Shown here: positions 13,865-26,718 of the stretch, piece after piece
How positions within the stretch are numbered: position 1 is the first letter of the stretch
Layout: each line of letters opens with the position of its first letter
Source: Macrostomum hystrix
Lineage: Eukaryota > Animalia > Platyhelminthes
Direction: 5' to 3'
Assembly (NCBI GenBank): GCA_950097015.1
Contig: CATNEN010000038.1
Coordinates: forward strand, 26,040,001-26,104,000
DNA length: 64,000 bases
The notes under the pieces: generated by a model
What the model saw: only the letters and a program-made list of their open reading frames with translations
Told to the model about the DNA's origin: nothing
Database searches by the model: none
Position numbers and translations under genes: made by a program

Positions 13865-16110
13865 ACAAAACAACAACAACAACAAAATACGCAAGCCCCA
13901 AACGTCAGGGGGGCGGCGTCAAATGATGCGCCGCAGAGCCAGCGAGCGAACATGGTCCGCGCCGGAGGCAGTGTCGGGCGCCCTGGCGTCGCTCAGCAGG
14001 CAGTCGACGTAGCGGCGGGTCCGAGCCTGGCCGCGCCTGAACGGGCCCTGCAGGGTGAGCAGAAGGACGTCCTGGGCGGGCTGGCGGCAGTAGCTTTCGG
14101 CCCGAATGACGTGGCCCGCTAGTCGAAGTCGTCGCTGGCGCAGGATGGTGGACGGGCGTTGCAGCTGAGCTCTCTCGTACAGAGCCTCCGTCCCGACGCT
14201 CTCGTCAGCTTGAAAGGCCGCACGGAGCAGCCCCGAGTGCGCCGAGTCCAGCTGCCGCTCCAGCGTAGCCGTCAGCGTCCACGACTCGGCGTTGTACAGC
14301 AGGACGGTCTCGATCACCGCCTGCCACAGCCGAGCCCTCTGGCGGTCAGGCAGCGCTGTGGACTGGAGGACGGCCCCGATCGAACGGTAGGCCGCCCATG
14401 CGAGTCCTCTGCGCCGCCGGATGTCGTCTTCCACGTTGGGCACCAGACCGCCGAGGTAAGTGAAGCGCTGGCAGCGTGCGAGCGAGATGATCTGCCCGTC
14501 TGCGCCGCGGCACGTCAGGTCCGCTGGGATGTCGGCCGGCATGGTCAGCACCTCGGTCTTAAGTGTGTTGATCACTAGGCCGACGCTTGATGCCACCTCA
14601 GCCAACCTGTCAATCTGGCGCTGGGCACCTTCGACAGTCGAGGACAGGAGGGCGAGGTCGTCGGCGTAGCCAAGCACACTGAGGCGCTTCTCATCGTGGT
14701 GGCGACCGATGCGTCTGCGTAGCAGGAAGCCGTCTTCAGCCGAGGGGAGCGCAGTCCGAAGCACCCAGTCCAGGAGAAGCACGAAGAGGAACGGGGCCAG
14801 CGTGTCGCCCTGCAGCACTCCTGACGAGGTGGCAAACAGGTCGGACAGGCCGTCCGCCGTAACAACAGCAGCGCGCGTGTCGCGATACAGCGACATGACA
14901 GCGGCGACTAGCTGCTCTGGGACCCGGTAGGCACGAAGGACTAGTGGAAGCGCGGCCCTCGACACCGAGTCAAACGCCTTGCGGAAGTCGACAAACACGA
15001 CGATCAGCGTTGACTGGCGGATGCGCGCCTCCTCGATGACACGGCGGAGTGCGAGGATCTGGGTTACTGTACCGCGCTGTGGCCGGAACCCGTTCTGCTC
15101 GTAACGGAGGTACGGGTCCAGCACCGACTGCAGGCGATCGAGAAGCAGTCGGTTGAAAAGCTTTGCGGTGCAGGACATAAGCGAGATCCCGCGGTGATCT
15201 TCTTTCCGCGTTGTCCCGGCTTTCTTCGGGATCGGCACGATGTGTGCTACGGTCCACTCGGTGGGCGCAGGGGCGCCGGCGAGCACGCGGTTCATGGCGC
15301 TTGTGACTTGAGAAGCCACACAGCGGAGCCGCAGCGCCTCGACCGGAACCTCGTCGGGGCCGAGCGCCTTGCCGCCAGATGTTCTCCGAGCGAACCGTAC
15401 AACATCCTCCACAGTGACTGGGCTGGTGCGAAAATCCTCCTCAGCTGGCAGGGCCGTGTCCGTCGGCAGTGCGAAATTGGCTGGCAGCGGGGGCGAGGGC
15501 GCATTCACAATGCCGGCGAAGAAGTTGCGCAATTCATTCCTGCGCTCCTCCGGAGTGTCGCCGGCCAGATTTAGCGCCACACGCCTCTTGCGCCCCGTAA
15601 GGGTCCGAACGGCCGTCCACACTGCGCGGCTCCTAACGTCGGGGCCAGCTGCTGTGATGGACTGGATGGCGTCGTCGACTGCGGCCTGCTGCCGCGTGTC
15701 CAGAAGACGCGCGAGCGCCTCCTCGGCGTCACCAGTGGGCCGTCGGGATCTTCGGAGTCGCTCGATCTTTAGCCGCGCCTGCCTGATCGTTGGATCGCTC
15801 TGCCAGACTGGCTGCGTCCGCTCCGCCGGTCGCATCAGCGGGACCGTCTTCTCAGCTGCAGTTCTCACGGCAGTGCTGATGTCGGCGTACTCCGCTTCGC
15901 GCTGGTTTCCAAGCGCGCCAGCGAAGGCGCCCGCGAATTGGTACTTTACGCGGGGGTCCAACAAGGCACGATAGTAGCGCCGTGGCCGCTGCTTCGGGGG
16001 TCGGTAGAGCGGGTCGTTGAGCCGCAGGTCGCAGAGCAGGAGTCGGTGGTCAGACCGGAGAGCCAGCGGAGCCATGGTGTCGCAGTTGATGACGCGGCGG
16101 TGCTCGCGAG
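13865..16110 (-). mobile_element. 5'-truncated non-LTR retrotransposon (LINE, RTE-like), end of APE domain + complete RT, (TTG)n tail
   Basis: Unbroken ORF with the APE C-terminal SDH motif (LRSDHRLL) and RT motifs (HRGISL, QNGFR, FVDFRKAFDSV, GVLQGDTLAPFLF, YADD, YLG, LLYNAESWTL). TSD CTAAGGACA at 13856-13864 and 16111-16119. GC content is far above the flanks. Confidence 0.95.
13919..16110 (-). CDS. LINE reverse transcriptase ORF (5'-truncated)
   Basis: ORF track 13919..16120. The apparent start lies in the satellite/TSD, so it is not a real initiation codon. Confidence 0.85.
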
Positions 16111-18160
16111 CTAAGGACACTCTTCATGTATTCTCAGGACAATCTTCATGTATTCTCAGGGCACTATTCACGTGTTCACAGGACACTCTCATGTATTCTC
16201 AGGGCACTATTCACGTGTTCAAAGGACACTCTCATGTATTCTCAGGACACTCTCATGTATTCTCAGGACACTCTTCATGTATTCTCAGGACACTCTTCAT
16301 GTATTCTCAGGACACTCTTCATGTATTCTCAGGATACTCTTCCTGTATTCTCAGGACACTCTTCATGTATTCTCAGGACACTCTTCATGTATTCTCAGGA
16401 CACTCTTCATGTATTCTCAGGACACTCTTCATGTAATCTCATGACACTCTTCATGTATTCTCAGGACACTCTTCATGTATTCTCAGGACACTCTTCATGT
16501 ATTCTCAGGACACTCTTCATGTATTCTCAGGGCACTATTCACGTGTTCAAAGGACACTCTCATGTATTCTCAGGACACTCTCATGTATTCTAAGGACACT
16601 CTTCATGTATTCTCAGGACACTCTTCATGTATTCTCAGGACACTCTTCATGTATTCTCAGGACACTCTTCATGCATTCTCAGGATACTCTTCCTGTATTC
16701 TCAGGACACTCTTCATGTATTCTAAGGACACTCTTCATGTATTCTCAGGGCACTATTCACGTGTTCACAGGGCACTCTTCCTGTATTCTAAGGACACTCT
16801 TCATGCATTCTCAGGACACTCTTCATGTATTCTCAGGACACTCTTCATGTATTCTCAGGACACTCTTCATGTATTCTCAGGACACTCTTCATGTAATCTC
16901 AGGACACTCTTCATGTATTCTCAGGACACTCTTCATGTAATCACAGGACACTCTTCATGCATTCTCAGGATACTCTTCCTGTATTCTCAGGACACTCTTC
17001 ATGTATTCTAAGGACACTCTTCATGTGTTCACAGGGCACTCTTCCTGTATTCTCAGGACACTCTTCATGTATTCTCAGGACACTCTTCATGTATTCTCAG
17101 GACACTCTTCATGTATTCTCAGGACACTCTTCATGTATTCTAAGGACACTCTTCATGTGTTCACAGGGCACTCTTCCTGTATTCTCAGGACACTCTTCAT
17201 GCATTCTCAGGACACTCTTCATGTATTCTCAGGACACTCTTCATGTATTCTCAGGACACTCTTCATGTAATCTCAGGACACTCTTCATGTATTCTCAGGA
17301 CACTCTTCATGTAATCTCAGGACACTCTTCCTGTATTCTCAGGAGACTCTTCCTGTATTCTCAGGACACTCTTCATGTATTCTCAGGACACTCTTCATGT
17401 ATTCTCAGGACACTCTTCATGTATTCTCAGGACACTCTTCATGTATTCTCAGGACACTCTTCATGTATTCTCAGGACACTCTTCATGTATTCTCAGGACA
17501 CTCTTCATGCATTCTCAGGACACTCTTCATGTATTCTCAGGACACTCTTCATGCATTCTCAGGACACTCTTCATGTATTCTCAGGACACTCTTCATGTAT
17601 TCTCAGGACACTCTTCATGCATTCTCAGGACACTCTTCATGTATTCTCAGGACACTCTTCCTGTATTCTCAGGACACTCTTCATGTATTCTCAGGACACT
17701 CTTCATGTATTCTCAGGACACTCTTCATGTATTCTCAGGACACTCTTCATGTATTCTCAGGACACTCTTCATGTATTCTCAGGACACTCTTCATGTATTC
17801 TCAGGACACTCTTCATGTATTCTCAGGACACTCTTCATGTATTCTCAGGACATTCTTCATGTATTCTTAGGACACTTTTGTGTACTTTCAGGACACTCCT
17901 AAAGTACTCTCATGACAGTCCTTATGTTCTCTCATGACTATCTTCATGTATTCTCAGGACACTCCTAATGTATTCTCATGACTATCTTCATGTACTCTCA
18001 GGACACTCTTAATGTACTCTCATGACAGTCCTTATGTACTCTCATGACTATCTTTATGTATTCTCAGGACACTCTTAATGTATTCTCAAGATACTCATAG
18101 TGTATTCTCAGGACACTCTTCATGTATTCTCAGGACACTTCTGTGTACTCTCATGACCAT
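16111..18160. repeat. 22-bp satellite, right part, degenerating after ~17870
   Basis: Same unit as 8925-13864. Confidence 0.97.
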
Positions 18161-18363
18161 CTATATGACCATCTATTTATTTCATGGAAATTAAAAAAAA
18201 ACTATTAGGGTACACGAAATGTATTTACGCTGATAAAGTACTCTTCTTTCATAAAAATGCGTTTAATTTAATAAAAATAAAATGTCCTGGCTTCAAAAAC
18301 GAAATAGTTTATTTTCATGGAAAATAGTCTTGCAAAAACATGTCCGCATCCGCTTCTAAAGCG

Positions 18364-21300
18364 CTACATGCGCCTGAAGCTCGATGATTCAATTTTCAAT
18401 GCGCTATCGTCCACCGCTGTTTCAGCCTCCCTATCAGCATCATCTTCATCCGTGCCATCATTGTCCTCGTCGTCAGCGTACAGATAGTCACAGCGCAGAT
18501 CTTGGCCTCGCCACGCTTCACCCAACGAACCGTCATCAAGAGCATTGTCAGTTGAACCAACCCGACTAGCGACATTGTTTGCGATGCACAATCCGCCACC
18601 ATCGCAGGTTACCGAATTAATTTTCGACTCAGTCCTTGGCTCGGACTGGCGTCTGTGCTGTTGGCGCGATGTTCGTTGGCTGTCCAAGCATCGGATGGCT
18701 AACCTAACAGCCAGGTCGGCTACTTCTGCCAGAAATGTGAGTGTCAATCCCAGGTAGAAGGCCAACGCGGCGCCCACCTGAGCGAACAGTGCCGCAGAAG
18801 TCAACACCAGCGTCTCGTTGAAAGTCCGCGTTGTAAAATCCTGTCGCACAATCTTCAACTTGACGTAGGGCAGCTGATGATACCATGGTCGGCGACATTC
18901 GGACTCGTTGAAGGTGTCACCGGTGGCTGTCAGGTGTTGCATCAGGTAGTCTTGTCGCTGCTCGTTGGTCACGGTGGAGTCCATCTGCATCCACATGTAC
19001 CAGCAGTCCTGCCAGGCCGAAGCCCGATTCGAGCTGCGCAAGACGTTCAAGTCGTAGACGGTGCTCTGGCAAGGCCGGGGACAGGCGCGGGAGGCGGCGG
19101 CAAAGCTCGTGAGGTAGGTTCCACCCGAGACGCTGCAGGTCATTTGAGCTGCGGTTGCCTGCAGGTCTGTCCAGTTGATAGCGAAGCAGAACGGCACGCT
19201 GGGATCCGTTCGCATGAGCCGCTGGGTGCAGGCACACCTGTCGATCACGTCCTGCTCGATGCGACTCTCCAGACAGGCGTCGAAATCGTTTGGATCGGCG
19301 CCAGCAGCCAAAGTGTCGGAGCTGTAGTGCTGGCTTGTGCTGCAGTCGTTGTTGACGTACTTGCTAGTTGTGAAGCTGATTACATTTATCTGGAAAGAAA
19401 TGGTGGTTAGGCAGATGCATTTCAACAGTTTGCCTGACAGTACTTTAAGGACCACACTATTTTCCCCCTGGGGAAAGACCACAATAGCCCCAAACCTAAT
19501 GACCGATTTTCGTGAAATTACTCCATACGTAGCAAAATTTGCCGCTCCATTCGATGAATTAACTTTCAAAGCCGCCCGACGTCGGCATCGTCGAGATGTT
19601 CAGCGATTCAACGATTTGCTTAGGTCAAAGACCCTGGTGACAAATAACATTCCTCTGTATAAACAAAAAAATTTATTTTCAATAATATAACTATTAACAA
19701 TATAATGAACGTGCAGCATGCAAAACAAAAATAGCTGATTTGGTTACATGATAAAACCTTGTGAGCAGAAAAACGATGCCAATATGGATGGTTTTTCCGA
19801 CGAGACATTCCAACGACAATTGTTGAATATCTTTACGGTGACACTGAGAAAAGAGGAAAATGTGAGTATTTGAAATACCCCCGTGAAATTTCTACTTAAG
19901 ATACTCATGATAGAATCAGACGATGATGTTAAGAGGGTACTCAATGAAAATGCGGAAACAAAGCCGATGCCGATTCTCGTCCTCTAACATCGCCTCATGC
20001 ATGGCTCATTTTTCCTTTTTCAATTTCCTACTCAAGTGAACGTTTCGAAGATTTTGATGGCTTTGGTTAAATAATTTACGAGCGAACTCTTGCAAGCACT
20101 GATTTTTGGCCGCCCTAATGAAGCAATAATTAAGACATCAATAATTCATCACATGACAGTTCAGCTGGAGTCCCTTGAGTCCCTGAATCGTTAATGCTCG
20201 AAACAAGAGCTCGATGTTTGTTGCTGCTTCAAAAAACACATTTTGGACTCATAAATTGCTTCATGGTCAGTGAAAACTGCACTTTACTTTTTTCCGGATT
20301 GAATCATGGCTGAAAGTATTCTCAGGACATTCTTCATGCATTCTCATGATACTCTTCATGTATTCTCAGACACTCTTCATGTATTCTCAGGGCACTCTTC
20401 ATGTATTCTCATGATACTCTTCATCTATTCTCAGGGCATTCTTCACGTATTCTCATGATACTCTTCATGTATTCTCAGGACATTCTTCACGTATTCTCAT
20501 GATACTCTTCATGTATTCTCGGACACTATTCATGTATTCTCAGGACACTCTTCATGTATTCTCGGACACTATTCATGTATTCTCAGGACACTCTTCATGT
20601 ATTCTCATGATACTCTTCATGTATTCTCGGACACTATTCATGTATTCTCAGGACACTCTTCATGTATTCTCATGATACTTTTCATGTATTCTCAGGACAC
20701 TCTTCATGTATTCTCAGACACTCTTCATGCATTCTCAGGACACTCTTCATGTATTCTCAGACACTCTTCATGCATTCTCAGGACACTCTTCATGTATTCT
20801 CATGATACTCTTCATGCATTCTCAGGACAATCTTCATGTATTCTCATGATACTCTTCATGTATTCTCATGATACTCTTCCTGTATTCTCATGATACTCTT
20901 CATGTATTCTCAGGACACTCTTCATGTATTCTCAGACACTCTTCATGCATTCTCAGGACACTCTTCATGTATTCTCATGATACTCTTCATGTATTCTCAG
21001 ACACTCTTCATGCATTCTCAGGACACTCTTCATGTATTCTCAGGACATTCTTCATGCATTCTCAGACACTCTTCATGTATTCTCATGATACTCTTCATGC
21101 ATTCTCAGGACACTCTTCATGTATTCTCAGACACTCCTCATGTATTCTCAGACACTGTTCATGTATTCTCAGACACTCTTCATGTATTCTAAGGACACTC
21201 TTCATGTATTCTCAGACACTCTTCATGTATTCTCAGACACTCTTCATGTATTCTCAGACACTCTTCATGTATTCTCAGACACTCTTCATGTATTCTCAGA

Positions 21301-24300
21301 CACTCTTCATGTATTCTCAGACACTCTTCATGTATTCTCAGGACACTCTTCATGTATTCTCAGACACTCTTCATGTATTCTCAGGACACTCTTCATGTAT
21401 TCTCAGGACACTCTTCATGTATTCTCAGACACTCTTCATGTATTCTCAGACACTCTTCATGTATTCTCAGGACACTCTTCATGCATTCTCAGGACACTCT
21501 TCATGTATTCTCAGACACTCTTCATGTATTCTCAGACACTCTTCATGTATTCTCAGACACTCTTCATGTATTCTCAGACACTGTTCATGTATTCTCAGAC
21601 ACTGTTCATGTATTCTCAGACACTGTTCATGTATTCTCAGACACTGTTCATGTATTCTCAGACACTCTTCATGTATTCTCAGACACTGTTCATGTATTCT
21701 CAGACACTGTTCATGTATTCTCAGACACTCTTCATGTATTCTCAGACACTCTTCATGTATTCTCAGACACTCTTCATGTATTCTCAGACACTCTTCATGT
21801 ATTCTCAGACACTGTTCATGTATTCTCAGACACTCTTCATGTATTCTCAGACACTGTTCATGTATTCTCAGACACTGTTCATGTATTCTCAGACACTGTT
21901 CATGTATTCTCAGACACTGTTCATGTATTCTCAGACACTCTTCATGTATTCTCAGACACTGTTCATGTATTCTCAGACACTGTTCATGTATTCTCAGACA
22001 CTCTTCATGTATTCTCAGACACTGTTCATGTATTCTCAGACACTCTTCATGTATTCTCAGACACTCTTCATGTATTCTCAGACACTCTTCATGTATTCTC
22101 AGACACTCTTCATGTATTCTCAGACACTGTTCATGTATTCTCAGACACTCTTCATGTATTCTCAGACACTGTTCATGTATTCTCAGACACTGTTCATGCA
22201 TTCTCAGACACTCTTCATGTATTCTGGGGCAACCTGAAGCATGCAAATAATCTGCAATCATCTGCCCAATTTCTGCCCAATCTGCCCAAATATCCATTCA
22301 TGTATGCAGTTCTCTAAGTTCATCTCTAGGGATTACTTATCAGACAAATCCTAACCATGATGAACCAATCATTCATCTATTGGAGTATTATGTCTCACTT
22401 GTAATTTATTTAGCCTCTGTGGAACTTAATGTTTCAATCTGCTTTAAAAAATTTTTCTGTTTAATTTATGGCCTAAGCTGGCTCAATTTGTCTATGATCA
22501 TAATTTCTCAGAAGACTAAGAAAAGTGCAATACTTTATATTATTATCTGTCAGTCCTAGACTCAGTCGGTTGGTCATAGACTTCGTCTTCATTTTTGGAG
22601 CTGGGAAAGGCACCGCGAAAATGCATATTCATGTCTAGATAGGAAATTCATGTCTAGATAGGAATGCTAATAGGAGGTCTTGATAGCGTCACAGTGTAAT
22701 CCGTAAATTTTACTAAAAAACGATTTGAGAAAAAGTCCCTGAAAAGTATTCAAGGTGCAAAGTTGAAGTGCTTACCATTTAATCAAGATCTAAAGTTCAA
22801 ACACTCCACTAAAATATGTGCAATCTGTTCGTGAGTAATGTTCTAGGGATTAACCCTGGTTCAATACTCCTCGTTTTTTGCTGTCCAGATGGTCATTAAT
22901 TAAAAATGATATCCAATTCAAGCACTTCAAATCGTATTTCTTTGCTTTCTAATCCGGGAAATTCCCTAATCTATATTCAGCTTCTGTTTAACTGGCAATA
23001 ATCTGCAGCTCAAAGCAATGTCCACTTTGAGATGGAGCTAATCCCGCCAGCTCAGTTTGGAGGCTAAACAGAATAAGGCAGGATTTGTCACCCTAGCAAC
23101 AGTTCGCGAGAAAGCTGGCATCCATGGGCAGCAGGATTATCTGACAGGAATTCCCTCACAGCTTTGCTAATTGCGCTTCTGTTTTATTCCATTCTATCGT
23201 TATCGCGACAAGCGATCAGCAAACAGTTTAATGGACTTCAAAGAGCACTTCAGGTAGATCACAGATACTCACATCAGACGAATGAGCTGTTAGCATGACG
23301 GTCTCATCAAAGTTCGGCTTCTTGCTAGTCTCATGCAGCACCACCTGTACAGTTGTGTACTTTTTCAGCGTATCCCTCAGGAAGCTGGCGTTCTCGTGCG
23401 GACCGAATCCGTCCCGCGGCTTGGAGCGACCCGCAGGCAACACCAGAAAGATCGATTTGAGCGCCTTTGAGAAAGCCAAACTGGCGAAGCTTAGCGTATA
23501 GCAGTTTAAGTAGATCGGGTGCAGCCACCTGCTAACTGTGAGGTTGCAGGTGATCCGGTTGTAGTTCGCAAACACGGGCTGCCCATAATCGAACGGATTT
23601 ATAGCGCAGAAATAGAACGGCTGAGTGTGGCCCAGCTGTGAGAGCAGAGTCTGGTTCTCCACATTCTGAAAGTAGGCCTCCCGCTGATCTAGACGAAGCA
23701 AACTGCGAGCCAGAGTGTGGCTCTCGGGGCTGGAATCCTGCATAAGCTTCAGAGCAGACCTACGAAGGCGAGCGCTGAAGCTGTTCGGCGAGTCGACAAC
23801 ACCGCTAGACCAGAGCGCCGGAGCGTTGTCCGAGAACGGATCGGACACGCAGAACGAGACGGCTGGGAAGGCTTCAAGGTGGCCAAAGATTTTCTGCTGC
23901 TGCACGGTTGTCTCGCGCTTCAGATATTTCTCCAGGAGGAAGGCTACCTGCAGAGTGGAGGAATGTCAGATTTCCATATTCAGCAAAGTATCCAATTCAA
24001 TAGCATCTTTCATATCCATCTAAAATCTACCTGATATCTATCTGGAATCTACCTGACGTCTTTCTGGAATCTACCTTGGATATCTATCTGGAATCTACCT
24101 GACGTCTATCTGGAATCTACCTGACGTCTATCTGGAATCTACCTGACGTCTATCTGGAATCTACCTGATGTCTATCTGGAATCTTACTGACGTCTATCTG
24201 GAATCTACCTGATGTCTATCTGGAATCTTACTGACGTCTATCTGGAATCTAACTGACCTGTGACATCGCCAAAACGAAGCTGCCCAGAAGAAACACAGTC

Positions 24301-24596
24301 CAGAATGCTCTCAAAAGTGGCGTTGGCGAGAACAAAGTTCGCTTTAATCCGCGAATACTCGAATTAGCCACGAAATCGTGCATAGACTCGCGACACTCCT
24401 GCCATAGATGAGATTCTACGGAGGCTTCACCTATGCCAGCGTCGATTGACAGTGTTACTGGCCTTCTCGACTTACTATTCCTCTTTCTTGCCATGCCCGA
24501 ATTGTCCAGCTCCGAAAGGGTTGCAGACGAGGCGAAATGTTTCTCCCTCCAGCAAGACTTATCGGCCAGAACACCGGAATAAGACTGTGCGCTCAT
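18364..24596 (-). CDS. Divergent DEG/ENaC (ASIC/FaNaC superfamily) channel subunit, ~679 aa; exons 24596-24258, 23947-23273, 19389-18364
   Basis: All junctions phase 0 GT-AG. Pre-TM1 SSIRGLKR, TM1 (RAFWTVFLLGSF), FPAVSFC, NCYTL, Cys-rich thumb (CLESR..CACT..CPRPCQSTVY) and TM2 LFAQVGAALAFYLGLTLTFLAEV. Confidence 0.88.
19449..19895 (+). mobile_element. TTAA-flanked MITE-like element (family T), copy without minisatellite
   Basis: Flanked by TTAA (19445, 19896). Shares GACCAC..CTATTTTCCCCCTGGGGAAAGACC, TTTTCGTGAAATT, ACATT.CTCTGTATAAAC and TTTGAAAT..CCCCGTGA..TTTCTAC with 43748-44628. Confidence 0.7.
20317..22225. repeat. Second array of the same satellite, shifting from 22-bp to a homogeneous 21-bp unit (CAGACACTSTTCATGTATTCT); in DEG/ENaC intron 2
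   Basis: Directly visible. Confidence 0.97.
24015..24252. repeat. 22-bp tandem repeat (CTGACGTCTATCTGGAATCTAC)n filling most of DEG/ENaC intron 1
   Basis: Directly visible. Confidence 0.93.
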
Positions 24597-26439
24597 TGGC
24601 TGCCAGAGAACGCACAGCAAGGCCTCTCTAGGAGGGAATGCAGAAAAGCGTCATGCCTTTTTTGCATATGGCCTTTGTTGCAACTGGCACTAGCTATTAT
24701 TTTCTTTCCTGCTAAGGAAGCTCTTTTAAGCTCTTTACCAAAGCGTCCCAGTCAGGAACGCTTGGTTAGACCAAAGTATCCTGTAAATCAATCGATAATG
24801 CATGCAGACTGCATGACTTGCCATCTGCTCAGCCGGACATAGCTTATGCTCTGAGGGGAAGGACATCACGGGACTGATTTGCTGCGTTTTTAGTCGTTTA
24901 GCGATCGACGTGGGCCAAAGTTGGAAAGAAAATATAATTAAGTCAGTCTTGTCGGCCCCAACATCGCTGACGCCTGTCCCATTTAGTGTCCGAAGCAGCT
25001 AAAGTTGATTTCCATGTTCCTAGCTCGCAGTCATGCGTGCGTGGGAGTTCAGTACAGATTTTCGCTGTCTGACTTGCTTGGATTAATCAGGATTCGAATT
25101 GAAGCCCGCGAATTGAGGTTCATGACCACTCATTTGAACATCATACGCGTTCAGTCAATTTTTTACTATTTGCACACAGTAACTATATATATATATATAT
25201 GTGTGTATATATTATACAGCCCCATGACATTGTATGCCTATCGTCTTATGGCACAAGCATAAGAAAGATATACCATGCTACCAACAAAAAGAACCGACTG
25301 CACATTAGCATGCTAATTATTCGGTATCTGCACTATATCAGTCGCGCTAAAGTACATTTCTGGAATTCAGCCGCATTTGCGTACAATAATTTTAGCTAGA
25401 CTCTCGAAAACAACTTGATGGCCTCGGAGAAATCGTAGGAAACGATCCAATTCATCACTAATGCATAAAAGTGGGTCCAAACTGATGTGGCCTCTGTCTA
25501 CCTAATTAATCATCTCTGGCATTGAGCGTACCGTAATGTCGTGATAAAGTCTCATGCTTCTAAGCTTACGAGGAATGCGACCAGTAAATACGAAAATTCT
25601 TTAGTGAGCTAGCTGGATAGCAACGAAAAGCTGGATACCGAACTCGCTGCTGAACATGCTGAAGTCAAGATTATCAGACAAATTGACAAGAAAAAATTGA
25701 GAATTAGGCCACTTCCCGGTACGAACTATCGAGAAGAAATTCGCTTCCACATTTATCTAGACTCATGAGCCAATTTTCGCTGTCGCAGTAGAGCTAGAAA
25801 AATTAGGTGGAAGCAAAGGTTGGAAAAAATCAACTGGAAGTAATGATACTATGATTAGTTGAGATCGCAAAAACCTGCAGCTGCGTTTGACTTGGTACTG
25901 AAGCCACACTGAAAGCTTTGCTTAGTGGAGCGTTGTGGATACGCGCATTTTGTTGAGCTCTGTGCACTTTTGAGTCAGTCATACGAGTTGTTAACCAACC
26001 TCTTCCAAAAGATAAAAAAAAAACTTAAATGACACATTTTATTCTTTCGTTTGTAAATCTATTCTATTCAAAGTTACGGCTCGTATATAAAAAAACGATT
26101 TCATGCACGAAATAACAATATATTCGAAAGTAAATTACATAAAGTGAATGATGTAATGAGCCAGCATAGTTAAATATATATTATGACAGTTGTCCAGCAA
26201 ATAAAATTCTGACGAGGCTTGAATGCTATCGTTTCAAAAGCCGGAAAACTGCTTCAGATTTTCTGATTAGCCTGTTAAATTTTCTACACCGTTTTTTTTG
26301 AAACGATTTAAAATTCTTAAAGTACGAAATTAGTGTTGCCTTGTGCACAAAAAGTAGGTCCCAGCCCTAAAAGTAGGAGCAAGTAATGTTTCATGTTTTA
26401 TGAAGTCCAATTTTCTGGCTTTATTAAAAAATAAAAATT

Positions 26440-26696
26440 GTTTACACCCGCCCCAATCGGGCCAACCCGGCTCTTCTGAAGGCTGTGTACGGCTGTTCAG
26501 TCCATGGACTGGGTGGGACCCCAAGCTTAGTGAACCCAAGAACCACTAATAATTAACTTAGTTGCCCGTTGGGTTAACTGAAGCAATTCAGAGTTAATTG
26601 TCATGCAATAGGGCGCAAACTCCAGTGGAGTCCGGAATCGAACCCCCGACCTTCAAATCATGAGTCCAACGCTCTGACCACTAGGCTAGAATCCCC
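26440..26696 (-). mobile_element. SINE family B (tRNA head + CORE/Meta-like central domain)
   Basis: Minus strand reads TAGCCTAGTGG (A box), GGTTCGATTCC (B box), then TGCGCCCTATTGCATGACAATTAACTCTGAATTGCTTCAG. Related pieces at 27910-27975, 43595-43743 and 7125-7265. Confidence 0.75.
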
Positions 26697-26718
26697 GTAA
26701 GAAATTGAACAAGCGGTT

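Noticed and set aside
14159-15974. Plus-strand ORFs overlapping the LINE
   Set aside because: Antisense shadows of a GC-rich RT ORF.
8925-18160. CRISPR-like array
   Set aside because: No unique spacers, no cas genes, eukaryotic context.
8917-22317. Very long ORFs (up to 725 aa) of MYSQDTLHVFSGHSSCILRTLF repeats
   Set aside because: Artefact of a satellite unit with no + strand stop codons; all three frames are open and the DNA period is 22/21 bp.
26620-26696. tRNA gene-like sequences (also 32060-32132, 63535-63605)
   Set aside because: A/B boxes are present but the acceptor and anticodon stems are broken and a shared SINE body follows; these are SINE heads.
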